A program made the position numbers and the translations under genes. 20,000 bases of DNA from Vicugna vicugna (lineage: Eukaryota): positions 185,504 to 205,503 of the forward strand of contig MU058790.1 in the NCBI GenBank assembly GCA_013265495.1, written 5' to 3'. Position 1 is the stretch's first letter. Every line of letters begins with the position of its first letter. The notes below the pieces were generated by a model that was given only the letters and a program-made list of their open reading frames with translations, did not search any database and was not told where the DNA came from. This document shows, one piece after another, positions 1-11,439 of the stretch.

Positions 1-1082
1 AGTGATATCATATGGTATTTTTCTTTCTCTTTCTGGCTTACTTTACTTAGAATGACATTCTGAAGGGACACCCACGTTGCTGCAAATGGCATTATGTTGT
101 CATTTTTATGGCTGAGTAATATTCCACTGTATAAATATACCACAACTTCTTTACCCAGTCATCTGTCGATGGACATTTAGGCTGTCTCCATGTCTTGGCT
201 ATTGTAAATAGTGCTGCTATGAATATTGGGGTGCAGATGTCATCCTGAAGTAGGGTTCCTTCTGGATATATGCCCAGGAGTGGGATTGTTGGGTCATATG
301 GTAAGTCTATTTTTAGTCTTTTGAGGAATCTCCATACTGTTTTTCACAATGGCTGCACCAAACTGCATTTCCAACATTGTTGGAGGGTTCCCTTTTCTCC
401 ACACCCTCTCCAGCATTGATCATTTGTGGATTTTTGAATGATGGCCTTTCTGACTGGTGTGAGGTGATACCTCATTGTAGTTTTGATTTGCATTTCTCTG
501 ATAATTAGTGATATTAAGCATTTTTTCATGTGCCTATTGGTCATTCATATGTCTTCATTGGAGAATTGCTTGTTTAGGCCTTCTACCCATTTTTGGATTG
601 GGTTGTTTGTTTTTTTCTTATTAAGTCATATGAAGTGTTTATATATTCTGGAGATCAAGCCCTTGTCAGTTTCATCTTTTGCAAATGTTTCCTCCCATTC
701 CATAGGTTGTCATTTTGTTTTGGTTATGGTTTCCTTTGCTGTGCAAAAGTTTGTAAGTTTAATTAGGTCCCATTTGTTTATTTTTGCTTTTATTTCTATT
801 GCCTGGGTAGACTGCCCTAGGAGAATATTGCTGAGATGTATGTGAGATAATATTTTGCCTATGTTTTCTTCTAGGAGGTTTATTGTATTTTGTCTTATGT
901 TTAAGTCTAATCTATTTTGAGTTCATTTTTGTATATGGTGTAAGGGAGTATTCTAGCTTCATTGATTTACGTGCTGCTGTCCAGTTTTCCCAACATCATT
1001 TGCTGAAGAGAGTGTCTTTATTCCATTGTATGTTCTTGCCTCCTTTGTCAACGATTAATTGACCAAAATTTGTGGGTTCATT
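1..1082 (-). mobile_element. Young LINE-1, 5'-truncated, covering the C-terminal part of ORF2 (frameshifted); 3' UTR lies left of the window
   Basis: ORF 344..544(-) reads [28 protein letters not shown]...[11 protein letters not shown], the Cys-rich ORF2p C-terminus. Colinear with 12395-13465. L1 similarity stops at ~1082. Confidence 0.96.
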
Positions 1083-1139
1083 AAATTGAATTTTTAGATC
1101 TTCTAGGATTTAGTACTTGTGGAAATACTTCATTTAGTG

Positions 1140-1400
1140 CTGTTCTTAAGTGTTAGCTCTTCTGAAAGTCTTTTCCTGACCAGGCTATTAATAAATGACT
1201 GTATCTCCTTATCATGTCATCTCTAGTGCACTTATTTTTTGGCATTATATTATATATTTTAAAATTACTAGTTTTAGCCTTAAAATATACTCTCCAGAAA
1301 GGTAATAATTTTGTTTTGCTTGCTGCTCTATCCAGAACATTTTAAAAAGTGCTTGGCATCTAGGTGTTACAAACATTTGCTGGCTGACTGAATGAATGAA
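1140..1400 (+). mobile_element. LINE-2 3' end fragment
   Basis: Ends GTGCTTGGCATCTAGGTGTTACAAACATTTGCTGGCTGACTGAATGAATGAA, the typical L2 terminus with (TGAA)n tail. Left boundary approximate. Confidence 0.7.
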
Positions 1401-2244
1401 ACTTTTAGGTCATGCACTTGAAATGCTTGAAAAGAAATTTGAACATACTATGTTAATGAATGTAATTCAAATTTCTTGTAAGATAATTAACTGATTGTAA
1501 ACAGGACTGGTTAAGGAGTTCAGTCTGTTCCACTTGAATTGACTAAATCTTAGTCAAAGATTTACAAGTTAGGAACTTAAAATTTACATACATGAATAGG
1601 ATAATAGGATTTTCAAATTGATCTTGAGGAATCAAGAAAAGGAAGGCTAGATTGTTAAATGTTACTTTAGTAATTTGAATATAAATTAAAAAAATAAAAA
1701 ATTTATAGGTAACAGTAACTGGTCTTTTCTGAACACAAAATCTTCCCTTGGACATAAAGAGTCTCACATTGTCCCCACAAAGTCTTTGTAATGCACATAT
1801 GGGGAAGCATGAAACAGTAAACATGATTCCCAGAGGAGGAGCCAGGGGATAATTTTTTTACTGATATTATTGTCACTAGAGGGGAATGATGATTGTGTAA
1901 TACAGGAAATGTAGAGGTTGAGGAAAAATGGAGAAGGTAGGGAGCTCTGTTTTAAAGAGATGGATAAACTTTTCCATGTCGTCAAAACCTAAATTGTCTG
2001 TCTCTCCAAAAACCTTATGATGAGGAAGACATTAGAGTTATGTAGGGAAAAGAAGGGAGCATCTAGGACAAATGATGGTGGCATTCCTGCTATAGATCCA
2101 TTGAAAAGGGGAACGAATAAATAGTCGTCAAAGGTTTCATAATGAAAGCACCCACTGGCGCTTTGGAATAGCAGCAGTGGCAGTCACAGGGACTCTGGTT
2201 TCCATCACAACAGAATGTCCTGTCTCTGGAGTTGGTTTCCACCA

Positions 2245-2757
2245 TTTTGGTTACACTGCCAGTAGCAAACTTCCTCAAAAGGTATTGGCTTAACACAGCC
2301 ATTTTATTTTGCTTATCATTTTCTGGGACAGGAATCTGGGAAGAGCTCAGCAAGGCAATTGTCTCTGGTTCAGGTGGTATGAGCTAGAATAGCTTGGATT
2401 GGAAGACAGGCTTCCAAGTAGGAATGTTTTACTGACATATCTATTATCTTAGTGGTTTATGGCCTCTCACTCTCTGTAAGTTGTATAATTTTTCAAGGCC
2501 CCTTCACGTAACTTGAGATTCTCACAAAATGATGGTCTCAGGGTAGTTGCTCTTCTTACATGGTGACTGGCTTCCCAGAGGCAGGAACCAGAGCTTTCAG
2601 GCCAGTTAAAGCCTACAAGTGGAACTGGAATAGCATTCCTTCCACTGATTCTGTTGGTCAAAGTCGTCACAAGGGCTGCCCAGATTCAAAGAGGTGGAGA
2701 TACAGACTCCATCTTTTAATGGGGCATTGTCAGTATCACATTGCAGAATAGTAGGTG
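2245..2757 (-). mobile_element. MaLR solo LTR (MLT1G/H-like), left part, interrupted by L1
   Basis: MLT1 hallmarks such as CAGGAATCTGGGAAGAGCTCAGC, CTTCTTACATGGTGACTGGCTTCCC and CTGCCCAGATTCAAAGAGGTGGAGATACAGACTCCATCTTTTAATGGG. Left boundary approximate. Confidence 0.85.
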
Positions 2758-5199
2758 TAGAAGATGCCAGTAAAAATGGCAGAGAAAAAAACCTCTGAAA
2801 ATTTATAGCAATAAGAACACTGGCAAAAATTGTCAGAATCAACTTTTTCAGAACTCTGGAAATCAACTAAAGGCTTGCAACAACCTAGGGAGAATTTATT
2901 CAGAAATGATGGCTGAATCTAAATAAGAACAGTGAGCTGTGTGGCATTTTAATTTTCCGTATTCCTACTCCATTCTCTTTGGCTCTATAGTAGCCTTGAA
3001 AACCAGTATATGGTAATCATAGTGAAAAGCAGGTGCCTGGAAGCCACCAGAAGGGGTAGAACAGAGTTGGAGCACTCACCAGGTCACATTCCCAGAGAAT
3101 TATTATTTGATCTGTGTGATAGTTCCCTAGAAGACTCCACTCTCAAGGCTGTCTATTTGACTTGACATGGAACTTGCTCAGCGTGGAAGGCTTTTTCTTC
3201 AGAGCACTTTTGAAAAACAAAAAAGCAGTCAGAGGCAATTGTTGAACATTGTGGCTACCTGAGGTGGTAGATAACATTTGGAGCAAACAGTAGGCTAACC
3301 AAAAAGCTTAAATGGAAAAACTGGGGAATGAGATGTCCTTATGGGACTTTGAAAAACTCGACATATTCCTGGAAATCTAGAAGGCCCTGCACATATATAA
3401 GGCTGTGTACATACTCAGGAAAAACCTGAGAAGACTCTAAGCTCTTATGTCGGACTAACCTGACGTCACTGCAAACAGGAAATACAGGCTAAGGTAGAGT
3501 TGTAAACTGCCTGACATAGTATTGAAGGCATGCCCGACCTGTACACAGATCCTCTCAACAAAGATTAGGAGACATTGGTTTTAAGCATCTAAGGAAATTT
3601 CTGTCCAATCATTAACTGAACACTAAGCTAACAGAGCAGAGACTTGAATGGCAACACATGACAAAGAATGCAGACTTCATAGAATTAGTTCACAAAAGTC
3701 ACTAAACAAACAACAAATTTTAGGGAAGGAGGAGGAATTGATTTCTAAAGTTGCCACATTATTTTATTTAATATGTCTGGTTTTCAGAAAAGAAAGGTAT
3801 GAGGCATGCAGAGGAAGAATGAAGTATGGCCTATCCATAGGAAAAAAAAAAGTAGTCAATAGAAATGACCTGTGAGGAAGCCCAGATGTTGGAGTTATTA
3901 GACAAAACACTTGCAATAAGCTATTATAAATATATTCAAAGAACTAGAGGAAACCATATCTAAAAAATCTAAAGGAAAATATGAGAGCAGTGTCTCACCA
4001 GTTAAAGAAAAAGCATCAATTAGAAAAATGATTTTAAAAGAGTCAAATAGAAATTTTCAAGTTGAAAAGGACAATAAGAGAAATGGGAAATTCAGTAGAG
4101 GTGCTCAACAGTAGATTTGAACAGGCAGAAGAAAGAATCAGCGGATTTGAAAATAGGTCAAATGAGATTATTCAGTCTGAGGAGCAGAAAGAAAAAAAGC
4201 AATAGAAAGTGAACAGAGCCCAAGAGACCTTAGGGATAACACCAAGCATACCAACATAGTCATAATGGGAAAACTGAGAGAATTCGTTAGTAGCAGAGCT
4301 ACCCAACAAGATATATTAAAGGGAGTCCTTCAGACTAAAATGAAAAGATGCTAGTCAGTTACCCAGATCCACATGAAGAAATAAGGAGCACCAGTAAATA
4401 TTACTATATAGGTATATATGAAAAAAAATGTATTTTTTGTTTGTAACTCTTTTTCACCCTATCTGATTTAAAAGACAATTGCATAAAGCGACAATAATCA
4501 TAGTTCTGTGTTAATAAGAAATGTATAAATCTATAATTTGTATGACTATAACAAGACAAAGGATGAGGAATAGAATGGTGATAAATTAGAGCAGTTTCTG
4601 TATACTATTGTAATTAAGTTGGTATTAATTTGAACTAGATTGTTTTAAGATGGTGATTGTCATTGCAAGGGCAATCACTAAGAAAATAACTCAAAAAATA
4701 GTGAAATAAATGACAAGAGAATGAAATGGTACCCTAAAAAATATCTTTTAGCAGAAAAGAAGGCAGCGATGGAGAAATGGAAGAACAAAAAAAGACATAA
4801 ACATATGGAAAATAAAAAGCAAAATGGCAGGCATAAATCTTACCAATAATCACATTAAATATAAACGGATTAAACATTCCAATTACAACACAGAAATTAG
4901 CAGAACGATTAAAAAAAAACATGATCAAACTATACAATAGCTCTAAGAGACATAGTTTAGATTCAAAGTCACAAATAGGTTGAAAATTAAAGGATAGAGA
5001 AACCATGCAAACTAACTGAAAAGAGAGCTGGATCAACTATTCTAATATCAGACAAAATGGACTTTAAGACAAAATTGTTGCTAGAGACAGAGAGGCACCT
5101 TTTATTGTGATAACTCACAATCCATCAAGAAGATATAACAATTATAAACACAGACACATCTAACAACAGAGCCCCAAGATACGTGAAGCAAAACTGACT
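2758..5199 (+). mobile_element. Old L1M (L1MCa/L1M4-type) 5' portion: 5' UTR, decayed ORF1 (~3800-4350), inter-ORF region, start of ORF2 endonuclease domain (ATG ~4824)
   Basis: Starts ...CCAGTAAAAATGGCAGAG...TTTTTCAGAACTCTGGAAAT, a typical L1M 5' end. ORF1 coiled-coil sequence AGTAGATTTGAACAGGCAGAAGAAAGAATCAG. ORF2 EN start ATAATCACATTAAATATAAACGGATTAAAC (IITLNINGLN). No 3' UTR or poly(A). Confidence 0.92.
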
Positions 5200-5258
5200 G
5201 AAAAGCATGTGATGGGAGGTATCATTGTGGCTATCTTTAGAAAATGTAATCTGCTGTA
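5200..5258 (-). mobile_element. Remainder of the MLT1G/H-like LTR after the L1 insertion
   Basis: AGCATGTGATGGGAGGTATCATTGTGGCTATCTTTAGAAAATGTAATCTGCTGTA is the expected continuation of ...CACATTGCAGAA (2737-2748) to the LTR terminus. Confidence 0.8.
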
Positions 5259-5734
5259 TCCATATGTGTTAAAAACTGAGAAAAGTCACACAGTTTTTAG
5301 AATTCACATTCTCGTTCCAGTAACTCTCATTTAGATACATGTTGTGAAAATAAATGGGCTGATTACCCCTCAAGTCTCAAGATCATGTATTGAGCACCCA
5401 AATTAGCATCTAAAGCCTGAGGCAATGCAGAGTATATACAGTTCATGTGACATTAAAAAGAAAGCACCTTTATGTATTAGGTTGGTTATCTCTTGTTGAT
5501 CAGTCTGCCTTCCCCGGAAGTCTGGATTCGGTGTATTGATAGCTAGGTATTGAGGGCTGTGGCTGATCTTCCAAGTTATGGGGGACATATTTTTTATAGT
5601 CTCTCAGGAAGCTGGGGTTTCCTTCCTTGGACATTTGGAATGCTGTCCTTCATCCAACGGTGGACGTAGTCCATGTTGTACTAGTGAATTGTCCCCACAA
5701 GGGGACAGTATATGTTAACATGTACATTGATAGA

Positions 5735-6627
5735 TGTGGTAGGCAGGTAGGTAGACTTTCTAGAAGTGGTTGCCAAGATTCTAGGTCCCATTTTCCAGGA
5801 CCTGTAAGTGTATTTGGATATCACTCCTGTGATTGTGTTATATGACACGGTTCATCTTAAAAAGATAGGTTATCAGAGTGGGCCTAATCGAATTGCATGA
5901 GCTCTTAAAAGCAGAGAACGTTCTCTAGCTAGTGGTAGAACAGGCGGGCAGGAGGGAATATCAGAGCGATTCAGAACATGAGAAAAGGGGGTAAGGGGGT
6001 GGGAAGGGATAAAATGGGAGTTCAAGATTTGCAGATACTAACTACTATATATAAAATAGATAAACGAGTTTCTTCTGTACAGCACAGGGAACTATATTCA
6101 GTATCTTATAGTAACCTGTAATGAAAAAATATGAAAACAAATACATGTGTGTCTGAAACATCATGGTGTACACCAGAAATTGACACAACATTGTAAACTG
6201 ACTATACTTCCATTAGAAAAAAAAAGAACCGGGAAAATAAAAACATGAGAAGGATTCAACACACCATCCCTAGCCTTGAAGATGGAGGGGATCACTTGAT
6301 AAGAAATGCAGGTGGCCTCGAAGAGCTGAGGGGGACCCTCAGTTGGCAGCCAGAAAGGAAATGGGGACCTGAATTCTATAACTTCAGGGGAATGAATTTT
6401 GCCAACAACTTAAATGAACTTCAGTTTGAAGTAAATTCTTCCCCAGAGCCTTTAGATAAGAGCCCAGCCTAGCCCACACCCTGATTTCAGTCTTATGAGA
6501 CCCAGAGCAGAGAACCCAGATGAGTCCACCCAGACCTCTCACTTAAAGAACTGTGAGGTAATAAATGTGGTTGTTATAAGCTGTTTAGTTTATGGTATTT
6601 GTTAAACAACCATAGAAAATGAATACA
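5735..6627 (+). mobile_element. MaLR solo LTR (MLT1E-like), complete, interrupted at 5985-6241
   Basis: Begins TGTGGTAGGCAG and ends AGAAAATGAATACA (TG...CA). Internal CTTGAAGATGGAGGGG, GAATTTTGCCAACAAC and GAACTGTGAGGTAATAAATG motifs. Confidence 0.9.
5985..6241 (+). mobile_element. Short young L1 3' UTR fragment with A tail, inserted in MLT1E
   Basis: Perfect TSD AACATGAGAA at 5975-5984 and 6242-6251. L1 3' UTR motif ACAGCACAGGGAACTATATTCA...CATTGTAAACTGACTATACTTC followed by an A tail. Confidence 0.92.
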
Positions 6628-6988
6628 GTGGATCGAGTACCAGTGTAGAATCCCCTGCTATTTCTCGTCTTTCTTCTCCCCATGATCATGTGCATGAAGT
6701 ACACACTGGATGCTAGATATAAAGCACTAAAAGGATGTCTATGACAAGTGATGGGCATCACAAATTCAGGGATTTCCCCAACACAAATGGAAAAATCTGT
6801 GGATTTAATGATTGTCACATATGTGACACAGGTTTTCTTTATTATTGTTTCAAAACCTTGTCTTCCATTATGGAAGGGGATTGAGTTATAATCCTGAGAA
6901 ATATCAACATGATATTTCTAACAAATGATCAGGAGGATGTGTGAGAAGGGCCTACCTGATCTGTGTGTACAATTTCTACTTTATTTTT

Positions 6989-7102
6989 TAAAATTTTTAT
7001 TGAAGTATCATTGATTTACAATGTTAGTTTAAGGTGTACAGCAAAGTGATTCAGTTATACACATACATACATGTATATTTTTTCTTTACAGATTCCTTTC
7101 CA
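6989..7102 (-). mobile_element. Very short L1 3' end fragment
   Basis: TTTTTATTGAAGTATCATTGATTTACAATGTTAGTT...GTACAGCAAAGTGATTCAG. TSD TTCTACTTTATTTTT (6974-6988) / TTCCACTTTATTTTT (7103-7117), 14/15. Confidence 0.88.
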
Positions 7103-8561
7103 TTCCACTTTATTTTTATAGCAGCAAGTGATGGTAAGCTGTATTTTACTGAGCTTGTAGAATTTAAAGGACTTGTTTAGGGACACTTTTGAGTGCATAT
7201 TTTTGGAGACTTCTTTGGAAACTGAGCAGTGAAACTTATTTAGGGATATCCTTTATTCTGAAAATTTCTCTCATTGAAAATGTCCCTGTACCAAGCACAG
7301 GTGATGAATATCAAATTGTTGGTTATTCTGCAGCCTCACCAGGGTAGAAAATCTTTCTGCTCTCAAAGTGCTCCCTCTCGCCAGTAGTAGCAGCCTCACC
7401 TTGCATCTTGACATGAATCAACCCATGGCTGGCTTTAAAATGATTAAGCCAACCCTTATTTGCCTAGAATTTTTCATTCTTTTATCTTTCACCCTGTTGT
7501 TCATAGGGTCAAAATGCCTTAAAGTCTTTGGTTTGAATAGAAAAGGAATTTAAAGGTACATGGTGTTGAGTTGAGTCTTTAACACATAAAATAAGAATTT
7601 TCCATCTGTATCGTTCATTCTCAGTCTCTTCCTCTCCCCATCCCTCTCTCTACCTTTACCTCCTGTTTTTGATATGTATTCCTACCTCACCTTCATGCCA
7701 AAAGGCTGTAAGCTTAGCATAGCTCTCATATGGGCCTTCTCTCTTTCATCAACTAAGTTCAGGAATTTTCAAAGATTAAATATGATAAGTTACTGTGAAA
7801 TAGTGAGGCAGACTTTGGGGTCATAACCTTTCATCCAAAAGAAGTTTTAACTTTTGAACAGTTTATTTACTAGGCTATGTACCTATTGAGTCTACATTAC
7901 AGAAACTTTTTCTGGGGGGAGGCATGAGGTTTTTGAGGTTGCTTTGAGAGATAATTAACTCATTCTCAGTTTCCTTACTAACAGGCTACTCTCTTAGACA
8001 TGGTTTATTCCTCAGGCTTAACTTTTTTCCATGTTTTAGCTCCATAATCTTTATTTTTCCAGCCTTCCACTGCTGTGCTGGTTCTGATGTTGAAATTATC
8101 TAGGGGGAGGTTTTTATAGGACAGAGGCAGGACCCAATTCAGGATGTGACCAGGAGAGTCTTGCTAAGAGTACAACAGGAAGTGGACAGACTATCTTAGA
8201 TTATTTGATGTGCTGTACATTGTCATCATAGGTACACTGGCTCAGCGCCATCAGTTACACACATTGATGCAATCAAGTCGGAGACAGCTATATTCACGTG
8301 AAAATTTCCCTATGTCTGAGGCATCTGTTAGTGTAAAATGTAAGATGTGCTACAGTTCCAAAGCTTTGTGTTCAAAATTCTGTTTACCATGTAGTTTATC
8401 ATTTTATGTGAAATGTCTCCATTTATAAATTTTGCTATTATTTTGTAAAAATTAGAAACAGTAGGACAAACAAAACAGCCCTGTAGGCTATACGTAGTCA
8501 CTGGATCAGTTGGTGAACTTTGAAAGCAGGGATTCCTTGTGATCTTGTTTTCTCTGTTAGT

Positions 8562-8579
8562 TCTCTCTCTCTCTCTCTC
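8562..8579. repeat. (TC)9 microsatellite
   Basis: Read directly. Confidence 0.95.
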
Positions 8580-9461
8580 AGAAGGTGTACATGTTGAGTA
8601 TACAAACAAGTATTTTGAACAAAGACTAGGTACATAATGGATGATAAGATTTGTACAAGGATGTAATCTTTTACATCAATATTTACCTGGATGCCTGAAC
8701 TGGGGCTGGGAAATTTATGGGAAGTCCATAATCAATGCATATGACTACTGTGTGTATTTTCCTATCTTTTGATTATGTCGTATGGTGACTCTGGGGAAAG
8801 AGTTCTGATAAGCTGTAATTGGACACTGATAGGAGACTTGCTTGGAAAACTTGATTAAACCCCACTAGAGGGTAAGTGACAAGAGTCTGGGGGAAGAAGT
8901 TATTCCTTGAGGCAGTTGTATCCATTCTTCAAGGCTGTTTCTGGAAATAAAGCTTTAGGGGGAAGGATGCTGCCTAACAAGGGCTTACTGTAGAAGGATT
9001 TTTCCTGTTCCTGCTGGCAATTTATGTAGTTCCTGTGAATCAGTGGTAGAATTAAATGAATTTGTTGCCTGAATAAATTGGAGTTTCTGTTTTAAATCGG
9101 GTATACAATATATCATGCTCTGAAACAGTATTTAAATAGAGTTTTAGCATCACTAGGTTATTAAATTTCAGTGTCAAAAGGACCAGTTAAGCTCATCAAC
9201 TTCAAGGATTCCTTGCTAGAAAGTCATGCTTACTGGATTCATTGCACAGCAGTGACTGGAACTAGCTCCCCACTCCACCCAGCTTGTGCTGGGACGGTTC
9301 CAGAGAGAAATGGGGAGTGGCTAATTATTGTTTTGTAGTGTAATGAGCTACCACCTAAAACTCCTTACTCCTTTCGGTCATGGAGTTCATCGTTCACGTT
9401 AACGTAATGATGGTGATTGAGGTAATAAAACCTAGACCTTTCTCATAAAAAGTTCGGGGAC

Positions 9462-9910
9462 CATAGCAGAAGTGATCAGTGCCGGGCCCATATCCCTTCA
9501 GTGCTCATTTCAGATGCGAAAGCCTGCTTGTTGCAAACACTACTCTCTGTCTGAGGGCTTTGTTTTGAGGCCAAAGTTCACCTTATGAAGGCAAGGTCCC
9601 TAGAGGTAGTCTTCAACAGATGGGGAGTTGGTGGATTAAAAACACCCCAAGTTCTTTGTTGCTCCGCTGCGATATCTCTCAGGGATGCTCTCGCTGTGTC
9701 TCCTAGTGTTCTGTGGAAGAATTGAGCCCCAGTTGCCCACAGTGGTAGGTAACTGACTTGATAACATACTCTTTATTGGTTTTCTTCCCTTCCGTATCTC
9801 ATTTCCCTACTTCCATACTAGGGTTTACTGCGTGATTATGTCCTAAAGCAACTACTTGGACTCAAATCCTTGTCTCGCGATCTGCTTTTGGGGAAACCCA
9901 AACCAGGACA
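9462..9910 (+). mobile_element. ERVL solo LTR (LTR16C-like)
   Basis: Starts CATAGCAGAAGTGATCAGTGCCGGGCCCATATCCC and ends CTCAAATCCTTGTCTCGCGATCTGCTTTTGGGGAAACCCAAACCAGGACA. 5-bp flanks GGGAC/GGAAC (4/5). Confidence 0.85.
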
Positions 9911-10234
9911 GGAACACTGATCTAGTGCTTCAAAATTCATTTTGACTAAATCTGGCATAGTACTGAAGAACATGAGTTTGCATTTTAGGATCCCTTTGTA
10001 GCTTTAAAATAAAATGAAGTCTATGAAAGACTTCCTACCTCTCTTATACTTGGATTGATGTTAGTAAAATGTGGCACATGGGTTTAGGATATAGATCACT
10101 GTTGAACTCGCGTTCAGTGAGGCCTCTAGGATACAGAATATCTAGTTGATGGCAGGAGAGCTGTCATTTAAGGTCTGCATCACTAAGGATGGACACATGA
10201 ATACAATAATGCTGAACACATCCTTGGCACAGAA

Positions 10235-10462
10235 CAAGGTCTGGGGAAATACAGGCTATCAACCAAATCTAGCCTGTTGTCTGATTTTGTAAGTAAAGTT
10301 CTGTTGCAACTCAACTGCACGTCTTTGTTTACAGACTGTCCAACAATGGCTGCTTTTGTGCAAAAGCAGCAAAGTTGCGTAGTTGTGACAGAGGTCATAT
10401 AGCTCACAAAGCCCAGAATATTTACTGTCTCATTCTTTTTGCAAGTAAATTTCTAACCCCTG
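10235..10462. mobile_element. hAT-Charlie MITE (MER58A-like)
   Basis: About 228 bp ending AACCCCTG. Internal TTTGTAAGTAAAGTT, GTAGTTGTGACAGAG and GAATATTTACTGTCT match recalled MER58A. TSD not recognisable. Confidence 0.85.
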
Positions 10463-10866
10463 ATACAATGCTTGTATAATGTTTTAATTTAGTTTGTTTT
10501 TTTAAATTAGCCAGTGAGGCATCTAATTGGACATGGTTTGTTCTTCCTAACTCATACCAATGGAGAACTTAATAATGCTGCTCTGGGTGCCACTGTAATG
10601 GCTTTAAAACCTAAGTGATGTGTAGTGGCAGTGTGGAAATGCAGCATTGGGTGTGACTTGTTGGCCAATTGAAAGAGTGAATGTTAATTTCTACAACGTT
10701 AATAGGTATGGACACGATCTTACTTGTAAAGATGCAAGATGGTGATATGGTACAATAAATATCTGGGAGTGTGAATGTATGTCTTTGCCAGTATCTATTT
10801 AATAACTGTTTTGAAAACCTCAAACCTATAGAATCATTGTAAGAATGGTTCAATAAACACTCATAC

Positions 10867-10922
10867 CTTTGACCTAGATTCTTTACCTTTGACTTTATCT
10901 TTGACCTAGATACTTTACCTTT
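10867..10922. repeat. 24-bp direct repeat CTTTGACCTAGATWCTTTACCTTT x2 (period 32)
   Basis: 10867-10890 vs 10899-10922, 23/24 identical. Confidence 0.9.
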
Positions 10923-11080
10923 TACTGAATTTCTTATGTTTCTTTCAAGAATAAAGACATTCTTTATAGAAACATAATACATTTATCAAATTCAAGAAAT
11001 TTATCATTGACACAGTGTTATTTTCTTATATACAGTCCGTTTTCAAGTTTCACCAGTTGTCCCAATTTTGTCCTTTACAG

Positions 11081-11439
11081 CAGTGCTTCCCAAATGTAAA
11101 CAGGCATCAGGATTACCTAGTAGGCAGGTGAAAACATAAATTCCTGGGCTCCACCCCTAGAGATCCCGGTATAGAAGATTTGGGGTGGGGCCCAAGTATT
11201 TTCAGGGACTTAAACTTTTTTTTTTTACTGTATAGTCAGTTTACACTGTTAAGTCAGTTTCTGGTGTGCAGCACAATATTTCAGTCCTATAGGAACACAC
11301 ATATATTCGTTTTCATACTCCCTTTCACCATAGGTTACCACAAGATATTGACTATAGTTCCCTGTGCTATACAGTACAGATTTGTTGTTTATTTTCAATT
11401 ATTACAAGATCTCAAGAGATTGAGTCAAAATTCTGCCAG
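11081..11439. mobile_element. hAT-Charlie MITE (MER5A-like), interrupted by an L1 fragment
   Basis: Begins CAGTGCTTCCCAAA; internal ATTCCTGGGCTCCACCCC and GGGGTGGGGCCCAAG. 8-bp TSD CTTTACAG (11073-11080) / CTTTATAG (11440-11447). Right TIR degraded. Confidence 0.78.
11205..11389 (-). mobile_element. Short young L1 3' end inside MER5A
   Basis: Poly(T) 11216-11226, then TAGTCAGTTTACA...ATAGTTCCCTGTGCTATACAG. Possible TSD TATTTTCA at 11197-11204 and 11390-11397. Confidence 0.85.

Noticed and set aside
483..845. 120-aa hydrophobic ORF, and similar ORFs at 12621-12833, 13289-13471, 4734-5036, 11180-11539, 11684-11914 and 12055-12382
   Set aside because: Antisense readings of L1 ORF2 or 3' UTR, a common annotation artefact.
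6813..6828. Perfect 16-bp palindrome TGTCACATATGTGACA
   Set aside because: Roughly 0.3 or more such palindromes are expected by chance in 20 kb, and there is no supporting context.
8135..8232. Minus-strand C box (ATGATGA) and D box (CTGA) about 90 nt apart, snoRNA-like
   Set aside because: No convincing terminal stem or recognisable guide sequence.
8226..8309. Minus-strand peptide FHVNIAVSDL resembling GPCR TM2
   Set aside because: Bounded by stops within 27 codons and no other GPCR motifs nearby.
10611..10982. 123-aa minus-strand ORF with a KGKVSRSK repeat
   Set aside because: Half lies in L1MC, the repeat simply reflects the 24-bp DNA duplication, and I recognise no homology.
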